Source: Tubiluchus corallicola (taxonomy: Eukaryota > Animalia > Priapulida). Taken from it: DNA of 64,000 bases. The position numbers were made by a program, and so were the translations under genes. This document shows, in pieces, positions 1 through 14,300 of this stretch (positions are counted from its first letter, which is position 1; each line of letters begins with the position of its first letter). The stretch spans positions 1-64,000 of the forward strand of contig JAQGDQ010000236.1 in assembly GCA_030141605.1 (NCBI GenBank), read 5' to 3'. Under the pieces are notes generated by a model that was not told where the DNA came from, did not search any database, and worked only from the letters and a program-made list of their open reading frames with translations.

Positions 1-2172
1 ATTTAGAATTCGCGGAAGGGCCACGGCGACCCGCTACGTGCGCTTTCCCGGACGCAACTCGAGATTTGTTCAAAATTTTGACCAAACAGCCTGCAGAAAA
101 AACCTTCTAGCGGCGCCTGGTTGGACTCTTGGGAGGAGATATATGACTCTTTAGAAAGAGAAAGAACAGGGCTACACGACGGTGTGGGCTATATTTTAGG
201 ACACGTTCACCGGGAGGAGTGACGATGAGTTAATTAGATGTTCCATTTTTGGCAATTTTCGCGCATTATCTGTAGAAAACTGCAGACGCAAAGCCATTGT
301 TGTGACGTCATCCATTGTACTTTGTCTGTAACCTTATAGCTTTAATTCAGTAAAAGCTGTCGCTGCTGCCTTTGCGTCATAAATGAGGACTAGGTAGAAT
401 GTTCGCGTATTATTGATTATACGAGTATTATACGCAAAATTTCTTGGGGGGGGGGGGCTTTGCTACTATAGTTATTATTTCTCATCTGTATATCTATCTA
501 ATCAAGTGTTACCTCGTCTACAAATGCTTAACGAATGTGTTAAAACATTTATCATTTCTTTGTACCGTACATCAGTTTACATCTTAATTACGAAATACTA
601 CTAACGCCCACTGTAACTCACATTAATCATTAGTTATATGTCTTACTAATTACTAATTACGTTTAATTGTTTTCTTACTACTAATTCTAGTGGCCTAACA
701 TAAGCTAGCTTCTTAGGTCTTTAGCGTAGAATTCACGAATTATATCCTAATTTTGTTGTATTAACAAAAAATTGATTATCATTGTACTTGTAATGCATAA
801 GTTTTTGTTTATTGCGAAATAAATCTATTGAAATGAATTGAATGTCTGTCCCGTAATCACAACCAGTATGAAGGACATAGGTTGTTCGCAATTTTAAAAT
901 ATATTAACGGCTACATTAATTAAATTAATTAGTAAAACACCTGCAGAATTTTCAATTAAAACATAAAAAACAAACGATAGTCCTGAGCAACATTTCGTCC
1001 TGAGCAAATATGGTCTATACACGATCAGCCGTAGTCATAGAATAGAGACTTATGTGAAAGCAAAAAGTTATGGCGATTCTCGAAACGCATTTTCAAATTG
1101 AAATTGTTAGAATTCGTATTTTTATCAAGGAGTATCAGTACTTCAATTTGCCTAAACTCTGCTCTTCACTCCTCTGTAAATTGACTGTAATGAGATTTAA
1201 CATTTGCACCAATTTCAGTTTCAGTTTGATTTTTGATTTGCATTTTGTTTCATTGCTAAATTACAAACCCGCAAAACATTTTGTTACAATTGGGGAGGGG
1301 GCTTTGTTTATATTCCAACTGACATTTGTGATCATTGGGCTAATTTAATAGTTTCTTGTATTTAATTGCCATAGCAGAATGGAAATTGCTAGAATTGTAG
1401 ATTAGGTAAATATTATACATAATGAAGCAACTATTTTTGTATGTGCCACAAATGAGCGATCAATTTACGCCGAGCTTATCTGAATCTTCAAGTATTAAAA
1501 TTAATGTAAGAAAGCTTGGTTCAGTGCACTTTGAAATGAAAGCGTACTTCTCCCTAGGGACAAGGCAAATTTAATTTGGCAGCGATGTCTGTTCCTTCTC
1601 ACATTACTTGTTCAAATCCACTATTAGTTTGCATACCCAACGCGCAAAAAGACCATCTTTGTGTCATTATTGCTCATCTGCAACTGGTTTGTTAATTTCA
1701 AAGACAGTCAGCCACAATTAGTTTCATCATAATTAATATCATTTACATTACAACATTTATCTAGTGCTAGGCAGTTATGTTAGTGGGCAGTATCAAGGTC
1801 TAGTATCTTTTCCTTATTCTTTACATTGTAGTAAATTTATTATGATGAAAAAGCAGACAAGTGAGGTCCAAAAAACGGTTTCTCTCGCCCGAGATTATTA
1901 TTAAGAGTCGCGCTTTTATTATTTACTTCTGCGTAATCTACACAATACACATTTATCTCAGAAAATGATTTCATCATGCAGGGAGTAATTAGTTCAGTTG
2001 AATCAAGTTTTTCTGTATAAATGCCAGAAAGACTTTTGAAGTCTTTGTCAGCTATTCAGGGCAGCTATTCATGTGTCTGGCAGCGGGCAGCCTTTCTTTG
2101 ATATCACATGCGCTTATTGTCATTTCTGCCTTTACGAACGCCTTCTGTGGCCGTAGTTAATAAGCTATTGTA

Positions 2173-2601
2173 ACAAGAACAGTTGGGTTGCATTATTGAG
2201 ACGTTCAAACGCAACCGTGGATGATAACATTAGCACAATTTAACTCCGCACCAGATCAGGACCGCGCCACCTACAATATCTGCAACGGGACAAGAGCAGT
2301 TGGGTTGCATTATTGAGACGTTCAAACGCAACCGTGGATGATAGCATTAGCACAATTTAACTCCGCACCAGATCAGGACCGCGCCACCTACAATATCTTC
2401 AACGGGACAAGAGCAGTTGGATTGCATTATTGAGACGTTCAAACGCAACCGTGGATGATAACATTAACACAATTTAACTCCACATCAGATCAGGACCGCG
2501 CCACCTACAATATCTGCAACGGGACAAGAGCAGTTGGGTTGCATTATTGAGACGTTCAAACGCAACCGTGGATGATAGCATTAGCACAATTTAACTCCAC
2601 A
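2173..2601. repeat. Tandem repeat, 117-bp unit, about 3.7 near-identical copies
   Basis: CAGTTGG(G/A)TTGCATTATTGAGACG recurs at 2180, 2297, 2414 and 2531 (period 117); all three + frames contain stops. Confidence 0.95.
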
Positions 2602-2954
2602 CTCTGCAAAAAACGAAAAAAACTTAATTGTCAATAAATTATATCTTGTTCTTTTGTGTTTAGCTGTTGCTGAGTCCGCGAAATCCGTGAAAAGAAAAAA
2701 ATCCGCGTGTTAATCCGCTTTCGTAAATCTGTAACATTCTTAAATCCTGTTTCGCTTAAAGTTCGCAAAAATTTGTGGACTTCCGGAAAAAACTCCCGTG
2801 GACTTTGACTCCGCTAACATGTGATTAAGACTCAATTTCATAAACATATTGTTATCAATCATAGTTGTTCTTTTGGTTGCGTTATCGAGACTCTATGACT
2901 CTAGAACAAATCAATTGAAGACTATAACTATTTTTTTACACTAATAGTGTAGTC

Positions 2955-3202
<248 letters not shown>

Positions 3203-4380
3203 GGTGTTTATTCTCCAAAATTTATAACAACCAGTTTAAATATTACATAACAATTTTTACATTTACAGAAATACATATGGAGCATTTGTTACAATTTGAT
3301 GACACATACCTCGTGAAATCTGCACCCTATAGTTTTTCTAACAAATTATGAACAGGCAACTAATGAACTATTTACCTATATTGTAAACCGCACTGCTCGT
3401 TTATGTTTAAAAGTACACACGAATACAAAGCAAACATTCCATGAATTTGTATATATCATCAAAATTACCGAGTAAATCTCGAAAGTTACAAATTACAAAA
3501 TTACATAATTTACCTGCTAATGCTGTTCTTTTACAATTCAAAATGAAATGTTTTCAACCCTCAATTAGTAACACAGGTTTCCAAAACTCACACAATCTAT
3601 CTTCTCTAGGTTTATGATGCCAACGACCTTTTTCGATAGCTAAATCGTGAGATATTAATTACAAGCGTACTATGTTTCACAAGCATCAGTAAAGAATTTT
3701 TTCTCATCGCAAAACCCGGACACTAAACCTGGATTAATATTTACATAGTTACACGTATTTTGATTTCCTTGAGAAACCCGTAAATGGGGAACAATTCTTT
3801 AAATATTTTTTTATGATTCGCTTTCTGGTAATTGCAGTTCTGTACTTACCAACAAGAGATTTATAATTTACTGTCTTTACTATTCCGTTACATGATACTA
3901 TTCCAAAAAATCAATTTGCAGTTGTTCACATCATTGTCTAAAACACTGATACTGTACATGCAGCTGGAGAAGTTTTGTACTGCTTTGCACTGTTCTTAAT
4001 CACACTGCGTCTTCTCCAGAAAAGTTGGAGCTGAAAAGGGGTTATGGTTCATAAGGCATTTCGTTTAGATAACGTTATTATGGGTTTCACACGAATCCTG
4101 TATGCAAGCCCTATTGTTCTCTATTATGGGGAAATACGTAACACCTAATCAACAACGATCATGGCAATGCAACAGCTGAATGAGATTGCTCTATTCAGAC
4201 ACGTGTTATGATGATGATGATAAGTCTTTATTAGCCTCTTTTTGCAGGTAAAAATATCTGTACTAACGTTATACAATTTTACATAGACACTAGACAGAGT
4301 GAATACTACAATATTACATTTACGGATTCTGTAATTAGCATTTCTAATTTGTGCGTATAACATTTCTTACAGTGATATTA
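3203..4380 (-). mobile_element. Decayed 3' part of a non-LTR retrotransposon (LINE) ORF2
   Basis: The - strand at about 3530-3630 reads GRWHHKPREDRLCEF..IEG*KHFILNC, the C-terminal CCHC-like motif of LINE ORF2; it ends in AATAAA plus a simple-repeat tail; the 5' boundary is approximate. Confidence 0.7.
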
Positions 4381-5452
4381 AACAAGAAGTATTGAAGTGC
4401 GTGCTAAAATCAAGGTTATTAATGCAACAAGTTTCCTGTGAAGTAACATAAAAATGCAAATAAATTGATATGCCAAATTATTAAATTCCAATTCAATGTT
4501 TAAATCCACGAGAGTTACAATCAGTAATCTCAAGAACTACACAAATTTAGTCACTATTTTACTAAAAATGAACAGCAGGATCTTAAAATAAAAGGGTCCT
4601 TTACAAAGTAGGTTAGTGCCGATATTAAATTTTCATTTTGGTCCAATACACAAGATTTAAATTTTCATTTCCCAGTTCGTTTAGTAGTGTATTTCGCTTA
4701 TTGTCTGTGCTAGGCAAGTGCTAGGCAATCTGTACTGGACAGTGCTGCCCTCTGAGGCAAGCAGACAGTTACCTCAACTTACCTGTAAGGTGATTTCATG
4801 GTTGATGACTTTAGGTACCTGGCTTTGTGAAATACTGCAGACACTTGGCCTTGATATGTTGGGTCTGGTCAAATGTAATTGATAGATTTGTGTCTTTAAA
4901 AGTAAATTATTGTTTCCTGCTGACTGCAGTTGCAATTGGTGTTTATTGTCTGTTACAGTTCTCTAATAGTGCTTTAATGTTTGGGCAAGGATGTAACTTG
5001 CTTTTATTTAATTTAATAATTTTTGCAGTTTTGATTAGCTACTGAAATTAACTGTATATGTGAAATGTTACTTCATGTAATTTGTTTGTGTATGTACTAA
5101 TTTGAAGTTATTATTTCCATAAAATATGCAGCAATTTATTTAGTTACATTTCTATATTTTTAACAGAATAAACAACTAATTTACGCACTTATATCTGGAC
5201 TTGATGTTTGGATTGGAGTGTTTGAGCATTCTTGGTCATTTGTGATGAAATGGGTTATGCATGCAACACAATCTGAATATTCATTAAGGCAGGTTCGCCC
5301 TAATATTTCTGCTCTGCTTTACTTCAAATGCTGCAAAACTGCCAAAGCATGTTAGATCACCATGAGTGTTTTTCGGACTAGTAAGAAGACACAAGTTATT
5401 CTGTTTAGGTAGGCGTGGTGTGTGTTTTAAGCCTATGATACAACAACACATT

Positions 5453-6248
5453 CGCGTGTACATGGATGCGTAGCGGAAAGAGCTATTCTCCGCGTGTACA
5501 TGGATGCGTAGCGGAAAGGGCTATTCTCCGCGTGTACATGGATGCGTAGCGGAAAGGCTTATTCTCCGCGTATACATGGATGCGTAGCGGAAAGGGCTAT
5601 TCTCCGCGTGTACATGGATGCGTAGCGGAAAGGCTTATTCTCCGCATGTACATGGATGCGTAGCGGAAAGGGCTATTCTCCGCGTGTACATGGATGCGTA
5701 GCGGAAAGGCTTATTCTCCGCATGTACATGGATGCGTAGCGGAAAGGGCTATTCTCTGCGTGTACATGGATGCATAGCGGAAAGGGCTATTCTCCGCGTG
5801 TACATGGATGCGTAGCGGAAAGGGATAGCGGAAAGGGCTATTCTCCGCGTGTACATGGATGCGTAGCGGAAAGGCTTATTCTCCGCATTACATGGATGCG
5901 TAGCGGAAAGGGCTATTCTCCGCGTGTACATGGATGCGTAGCGGAAAGGCTTATTCTCCGCATGTACATGGATGCGTAGCGGAAAGGGCTATTCTCCGCG
6001 TGTACATGGATGCGTAGCGGAAAGGCTTATTCTCCGCATGTACATGGATGCGTGAAAGGGCTCCCGCGTACATGGAGTAGCGGAAAGGGCTATTCTCCGC
6101 GTGTACATGGATGCGTAGCGGAAAGGGCTATTCTCCGCGTGTACATGGATGCGTAGCGGAAAGGGCTATTCTCCGCGTGTACATGGATGCGTAGCGGAAA
6201 GGGCTATTCTCCGCGTGTTCATGGATGCGTAGCGGAAAGGGCTATTCT
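5453..6248. repeat. 38-bp minisatellite, about 21 copies
   Basis: Unit CGCGTGTACATGGATGCGTAGCGGAAAGGGCTATTCTC head-to-tail with no spacers; variant units GGGCTAT/GGCTTAT and CGCGTG/CGCATG alternate. Confidence 0.97.
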
Positions 6249-6272
6249 GGCTGGGCTGAGTCAATCAGGCAT

Positions 6273-6405
6273 GCCACATGTGCCAGTAATGGTGATGATA
6301 TCGGACTGGGTGGGTTAGGGACCCCTGGGGTTAATCCTGTGGGTCGGGATTAAAACCCGGGGTCCCTCAACCACTCATTCCGATAACATCATCACTACTT
6401 GTGGC
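6273..6405. repeat. Long imperfect inverted repeat (about 55-bp stem)
   Basis: AGTAATGGTGATGATATCGGACTGGGTGGGTTAGGGACCCC...TTAATCC pairs with GGATTAA...GGGGTCCCTCAACCACTCATTCCGATAACATCATCACTACT. Confidence 0.85.
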
Positions 6406-8014
6406 GGGTAATGTTTTTACCCTCCCTAGAATAAATCTTCTGTATTATTGATTAGTAACTTGAAAACATTGGCTGTTATTATCTATTGCGTGCACGACGG
6501 CCATCTCCGGTTAATTAATGCAACAACACATCAGTGGATGAACAAAGCGTTTCTTATTAGTTAATTTTTTAGTGAGAGGATTCAATACGTGTGGGTGTCA
6601 CGAAAAACTAGTATGTAGCTGATGCCTTGTCTGAGGCAAAAGTTTTTAAAATGTCACTTTTGTAATCAGTTTTACTTTTCTCTTTCAAAAAACTTGTTTT
6701 GTTAATTTTGAGAGTTGACTCAAACTTTATATTTCTTTGATCTTCAGTAATAATAAAACACAATATGCTGGCTGACACTGATTTCACAATAAGCACGTGC
6801 TGAATTGGTAATTAACTCGCTGGGGTTCCTCGTGGAACAATAGGCAGCTGGCTACCTGCGCAAAATCCTAGCTAGATGTCATTAGTTGATGTTCACATGT
6901 CAAGCGATTCATATTACATGACATTTAAGAATTGCCAAGCATTGTGATAATAAGCCATTACCGCAAGGGTAATAACGTAAGGAGACTACTACACCTACAC
7001 ATTGTGTTTCTTTAATGTGATTAGGTGAAGAAGAGGGACAAAAGAGGACGAAAAACCGGAGAAAAAGAGAGAGAGAGAGAGACCACCTTATTATGAATTA
7101 TTTTAACTTTAATCAAAACAGTGTCTGAGTTTACTATAAATTGTTAGTGGATAAACATGTGACTAAACTAACTAAAACATGTAACAGCGAATACTTTCAG
7201 CTATATAAGTTAAAGTAGATCAGAATATTTCTTAATGAAATCTCTACTCAAACTCTGGCTCACTCTTTCTGGACGTCGCAGATTGATAACTGTAACATTC
7301 TTCTTTATAATATTCTGGCGAATCAGTTAGCTAAACTATAGCAAACTCTTGCAAACTTTGCAGCTAGATTAGTATCATTTCTACTCAGGTTTGAGCATAC
7401 CACACATATTCTGGTTCAATTATACTGGTGTCCGTAGAGTTTTGTATAAGGTTTAAAACTTACTTATTGTTTTTAGAGATCTTCAAACTTTGTGTCAGCG
7501 TACAATATGTAACTTCCTTTAATTGGTTAGAAGCTCAAAGTATGGTCTAAGATGTAATTACGGTAAAAATGTAATTACCCTAAAAGTAAATTACCACTTT
7601 TGGTCACAAATCATCACTGTAAAACGACCTACCCATTGAATTTTTATAGATTAGATTCTGATGATAATTTCGAGTTAAACGTTGTTTGAAAACACAATTT
7701 TAAACAATTTTTAGCCTAAATTAACGCAATTTGCATTTTTGTCTGCATTATATGTAACTGTTGTTAGTTTTAGTATGTATCACTGTGTAAAGTGCACTAA
7801 AATATTGTAACGATAATTAGTGCGCTATGACATCATGTGTCATGTGTCACTTACCGATTAAAATTCAGTAGTCAAAGTGTGGAATAAATTAGAGTACTGT
7901 GTATAAACAGAGTCGTATGTTCAAGCTTTAAACGCGTCAATATTTTCTACATGACAATATATTGATCTTTTCTGGTCAATATATGTGGTCAGTATATTGA
8001 CCACATACAATTTT

Positions 8015-8520
8015 GGGCCGAGGGTTTGACCAAAATCGCTGTTGTTGATAATGGTGGTGGTGGTGGTGGTGATGTTGGGGAACGACCTAATTTGTATAGA
8101 CCTTCATGAAACTTTATACAAACACGAATTTTGCATCGATTTCAAATGCAGAATTTGACTTCTACAAAAATAGCCGATTGTGCTAATTATTGTCTGTCAA
8201 AATGAGCGACGATAAGTGTATAAATAAAAAGCATCTTTGTCTTTTTGACTGACAAAGTCAGGAAACCTATTAGTCATTTTGAATTCAAAATGGCAGCTAT
8301 AACATCATCTAAAGCTCCAATAGCCATGAAACTTTACAGTAACATACTAGAAAAAAACAGCATTTATCTGCCACCAGTAATAACACCATTTCCGAAAAAA
8401 ATCTATTGCCCTGCCGAATTGCAAAGGATCGTCATGAAACTTTATAGGATACTGTTGTGGGTTATGTTGCAAGCTGAGGCACCTACCCAATTGTGACATC
8501 AGTCCACAAGATTCCATAAG
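8015..8520. mobile_element. Probable non-autonomous interspersed repeat (HINE/DINE-like organisation)
   Basis: A (GGT)n microsatellite followed by three CATGAAACTTTA core motifs (about 8105, 8325, 8433). Confidence 0.35.
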
Positions 8521-9250
8521 ATTTGTAAAGTTTCTGGAGTTAAGTAATTACGATCACAACACAAATATCCGACTGCCTGCACTGTAATGTCTGTGAAGTA
8601 GATAGGTTGTTAATAGCATATAAGAGCACTTATCCCTTTTGTGTGTCTTTTCATTGAAAGTTCACTGCTGGTTGATAACTCTAGGGTTGTCAAACTTGTG
8701 ACTTGTTCTTCAAGGTATCAGCGCTTACTGGTTTCAAAGGCCAGTAAGGACAGGTACACATGATCACATCTAAATTAATATGCAGTTGAATCTAAGTTCT
8801 TAGACTAGTACATTGTGTAATAAGTTTAGAGACGATTTAGGTTTATTTTGTTCAAATGTGAAATTTTATTTTTTAAGTGTATTTTTTGTCAGGAAATGTG
8901 TGCATACTATTGATATTAGCATGACAGTTTTTGATAGTTTTGGTTTAATATCTCATTTAGCCACAATAAGAAGTGAACACAAATGATTTTAATATTACGA
9001 TTACACATTTTATTCCATTGTCCGTACAATCAAGATTAGAAATTCGTATACTCCTATTTTAGTAAATCCATCCTGATTAATAACAATAACTACTTCCTAC
9101 AATGGAGAGATAAACGAAATCTACAGCAATTTCCAGTATTCTTCATGCAAACACACGTATAAACAAGCAGGCAAAAACATCATTCTAGGCTTTCATCAGT
9201 AAACAACGCACCCTGATAAGTAGAAATTCATGCCCAATTTATTTATCTTT

Positions 9251-11259
9251 TTAAAAAGTCGAGAACGTATCCATTGACAGTGTAGAGATACCACAGTTGC
9301 AAGCTGTAGCTACTTTTATATATCTCCGGTCGGGTTTGGATGTTGTATTACTCTCCTTTACGTAGACGTACGCCATCACGTAGCCTGCTTGAGTTTCACA
9401 TCTAGACATATACCTGTAACAAATAAGAGACATTGAGAGTTACTTATGAATTCATATGGAGAGTGCACGGCAAAAAAGGCACAGGTAAAAATGACAGGAA
9501 AAATGGTACGGTAAAATGCGCAAGAAAAAAGGGCACAAATAGAAAATGGAAAAAACTGGCACACTATTAAAATGCGAGTTTGGGGTTAGGGTTACAGTGG
9601 TTGATAATTAATTTTGTCATTTTTATCTCTACCAAGGGAGTTATGCTTCAACGCTGTTTGTTTGCTTGGTTTTTTTATTAAAAAGCAGTAAGACAATTAC
9701 GCGAAAAACTACTTTCCACGAAACTTTGTGAAGAAGAGGGACGGGAATACGAAAGGTTTTCGACGTAATCTCCTGGAGAGGGGAAAAGGTAAAAACTGCC
9801 AAAATGGGAATTTATTCGCCACAAAACTTGACCAAACACCACGTACAAATGATATTCGTGGAGTCCTCAGAGGGAGTGTTATAGCTATTTGGAAAGAGGA
9901 GGAGTTGGCTACAAGATAGGGTAATTTTTTTCATTATCTCAACCAGGACAAACAGCTTCAAGTTAGTTACAAATTTCATGTAGAGAAATTTTCGCTTGGA
10001 AAACTGTGTAACGCTGTCTATAACCTTTGATTACACATGATTATAGGTTTATAAGCTGAGATAGTACCTAGATATGTACATTTGTCAGTCTATTACCATT
10101 TGCAAATGGTTAAATCAATGTAGACAACACAATGTGCAATGTTCGTGCATTACTAACTAAAATTCTATTCGAAGAACCAAATATTTGGCGAGGTCTTAGT
10201 GGTCTATATAGTACTTACATAAGTATATTTTGTATGTTTGCTTGTTTATCTTTGTTTTACATTTTTTCTATCAAAAAAAATTAGTCGAACATGTGTCAGG
10301 ATTTTTCGCTTTTCCTACTCAGCGCTTTCTAGTTTTATTTTGTAGAGATAATTTACATCGAAATAACATTATGTGCCATTTTGCCTGTGTCATTTTTACC
10401 TGTACCATTTTTACCTGTGCCATGAACATATTTTTTCATACAAGGACAGACAATGACCTTATACAAATAAAGTTAATTTTGTTAATTTTTATATCTTTGA
10501 GTATCGTTAAAGACAGCCAACTCTCCAAGAAGCACTTTAGCGTTATCTTCATCAATGTATAATCAGCAAAGTTTACGTCAGAACACAGGAGACAAAAATT
10601 AGAATCATCAGTAAGAGGTGCGAATCCCACGCGGGCGTGAAAAATATCCTCTTTTAGTAGATTAGTTTCATAAGACGTAAGTGAGCATGTAGTGGGCATG
10701 CATGAGAGGTTGTGTATTGTGTTTCACACTTAGCATATTAGTCACATAACATGCTAGCACCATCACAATACTTGAGGGTACTGATTAGCTTTTTGCTCAC
10801 CAACAAATGACTTCATAAGGTAAAAATTTTGCAATAAAGAAAACTTTCCCTGAGAACATATCTGTTTAAAGTGCAGTTCATTTAAGCTAATTCGGTGTTA
10901 CTGTATTTTATGAGCATGTCAACTCTATATTGATATTAGTCCGAGTTAAATAATTTGTGTCTATTCTTAGACGGTGGCCATTAAGTACTGCGCCTGTGAA
11001 TGGTGAATGCTCTCCAACCACCACTGAGAAAAAATCACCGAGCTCTTCCATCTCAGAGGTAATTTATGTCAATATATAGGACAAAATATTGCAGATGTGG
11101 TACTTGCCATGGCAGTTAGTTTGTTTAAGTGAATGAGTTTTCTGTTATTACTGCTTACAGCAGAATTTTCTTGATTTACCCCAGTTTTTATTATTTCTTT
11201 GTGCCTTTTTGTTTTTTTAATAACTCGCACACGCATGTGTGTGTGAGTGTGAGTGTGAG

Positions 11260-11303
<44 letters not shown>

Positions 11304-14300
11304 TGTGTGCGTGCGTGTGTGTGCTTAGCACGTCTGTGTATACGGGTAGTCCTGTATGATGTGTGGTATAAAGTACAGGTATAAATTATGTGTGTACTTG
11401 TATACGACGTGAGTGTTTATAAACAAATAATTATATATGTGCACGATTATATAAATATATATAATGCAAGTTCAAGCGCCAATACCTCATGTGATACATG
11501 ATGCATATTTTTGCGAATAATATAATTCAAAGTACCCATACAATGTTTAAATGATGCAATAAATGAGCACGTACTCCTTATATATTTTAGACTATTTCAC
11601 TAATTTTTGTAAACAAAGAAATCTTCCTGTAAGTTTTTTGTTGTGTGTAAATATTAACCATTATATATCACTTTATTGCAAATTTATCCACCTTCGTAAT
11701 AATGGTAAACACTGTAGTAAATATTTGGGTGGTCGAGTCAATAACTTACGTTTATTCGCCACTCTTTCACATGTATATAGAAACTAAAAATTAATTATAA
11801 TGTTATATTTATATTTAGTTTTATTTCATTACAATTACATTGTACTAATATTTTTATTAAACAGTGAAAAATATCTGAATTTTGATTCTAATTCAAATTT
11901 TAATTCTAGTATTAAACGAAGGCGATATTTTCAGAGGACGAAAACAGTTCGACTTCGTCTGCATAATATAGTAATATGTGTGTGTTAGGTCATTTACATA
12001 GAGTAAAAACAGTCTATGTACTGGACTCAACACTTCTTGTGGAATTATTTGCATAACTGTAGCGAGCGAAGGAGTCCAAGAACAACAGTAGGGAAAGCTT
12101 TAATAACCACAACATCGTGGTCTAGAAGAATGTGGCCCTAGCCCAACATTTAATGCATGTCTCAACTGTAAGTAGGAACAAAAAGAGTGATTCTACTTAA
12201 TAATCTCACTAGTTGTTTTCATTTTATTAGTAACGACTGCTAGCACAAATTGTTACGTTGTGATAAATCGATAATAATCCATTGGCGCAGCTAGAGAAGG
12301 CTAACCGTATCTTATAGCACATTGCTTACCTTGTGTGGTCAACTCCTAAACATGGCTCTCCCTCAGCTTCATCCAAACACCACGTGGCATAAAACCACTG
12401 CTGGCGGCGAAGATTTGGAGGCTGTAGTACCATGACATCATTACCACTCACGTCTGTTGAATTGAGTACCTGTATCCACTCACTTTTGGATGGGCACACC
12501 GACTGTGGATGGCTACCTTCATCGTTACTCATTAATTCTGGTTTCCTAACCACCCCCCATTCATCTTCGGAAAATGCAATGTTATCCGCCACGCCTTTTT
12601 CGGTTGTATCTGTTGATGATGGAACGTCAGCCGCGTGGTCAGAGACCAGAATATAAGAAGCCATGTTTTCTAACTGAGAATGAAAGTGAGAATTAAAAAA
12701 CTGAAAAATAATCAAAAATTGACAGTTCAGATTTGTAATACATAACTTATAAGAAAATAAGACGACATTTTCTTGAGTTTTGATGAATGACGAAAAATTA
12801 TTGGCGTCACTGTCATAGCAGATTAAGTCAGGTATATTATAGGAATTATGATCAGTGGACTCAGTGTTTGTGACAGAAAGCTCTGCTGCCTGAAGCATTT
12901 AATCAGCCAGAAAACATATAATGGAAGGGATTTTTTGACGTTACAACTTTAAAAGGAGTATTTATGTTAATGTACAATAGATTAATCCAGCAGAAATTGA
13001 AATAGCAGAAAAACAGAAATTGACGCGAATGAACGCCATGTTTGTCTTTTGTCAAATGAAGAAGTGACCTGGAACACTGTAAGCACATCAAACAACAAAG
13101 AATAGTGTTAATAAAATTAACGATGACGATGACGACGACGATAACAACAACAACGACAGGAGTAGCAGCCACAACGACAACAACGCAAGATCGACAACAA
13201 CGACAACAACAAGAAGCAATGAACAGCAGCAGCAGTCTCGCCTCTTTCTTCATTATCATGCGTCGTTGCTGTTGTTGCTGCTGCTGCTGCAATTTCTACT
13301 ATGACACCTAAAAGTAATGAAAAAACTATGTAATTACTTGTTTCAAGATTTTCTTGTTATTATCTTCGCCTGGTATATCTTTCACTTACCAGTTTATTAA
13401 TTTGATGATTACTGGCGTAAGGTTTTGTTACTAAGAATGGTTTTGAACTAACCTCCAGTCTCTGTTTTAGTAAAGCTGGTCGGGGCATAAGGTATGCGTA
13501 GAAACTCATCAATTCATTCACGTTTCTGTCTGATGTTCTTCTTTGACGCCTTTCTGAGTGAGAAAGAATATCTCTCTGCTTTACCTGATGTCCACCGTCT
13601 AAAGCTAAAATGAAAAATTTATGATATAAATTGAAATAAATCACTGTAAGTACTTGGAATGCAAACTTAAATCTACACAATGCGCATAAACTTAGTCTTG
13701 ACTGTTTTGATGTTTTCTGTTTTAAAGGAAAATAGGATGATTGTCTTATTTTCAATGTTATCTCATTTTGAGGAGGGCAAAAGATTGTAACTTCTACAGA
13801 AATTCTAAAAAGTCTCTGATAACTAGATATTAGCTTACAGCCCCGAAAAACTACCGCGCGAACTTGAAATTAAACTTCCGTAGAAATAATTCTTTCATGT
13901 CATCATTGAAAAAATTAGATTTTTATTTCAATATTTTGTAGGTTAGACGATTTTGTGCTATGGGTCAACATTGGGTACAGTTTTCCTTTAATAAAGCGTA
14001 AGCTGTTAATGAGATAACATTGGCAGCTGACAAAAAGAAGCAAATAATACCGAGGTGCGCCTTAGTTCTATTGTTGTGGTGCTTACCTACATGGTCTGAT
14101 CTGATCTTGCATTACCGTTCACAAGGAAATGGCAAGTAACGGTACTGCCACTTCTCGTGTTGACGAAGTACGTGTACAGCATGATTGTTTTCACCGATTT
14201 TCACCACTCAATCACAGCAGGATTCTGCTCGATAAAGCCGGTGAAAATACATCTATCTTGCTATAATAATATGTATTGTTGCATTTCTACCTAAATCCGT

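Noticed and set aside
5453-6248. CRISPR array
   Set aside because: Units are head-to-tail with no unique spacers, there are no cas genes, and the context is eukaryotic
9583-9594. Telomeric TTAGGG repeat
   Set aside because: Only about two units, inside a MITE-like element
12903-13311. Gln/Cys/Val/Thr-rich ORFs as extra neurotrophin exons
   Set aside because: Degenerate trinucleotide repeats; the acceptor at about 13308 gives an immediate stop in the required phase and no matching donor is evident
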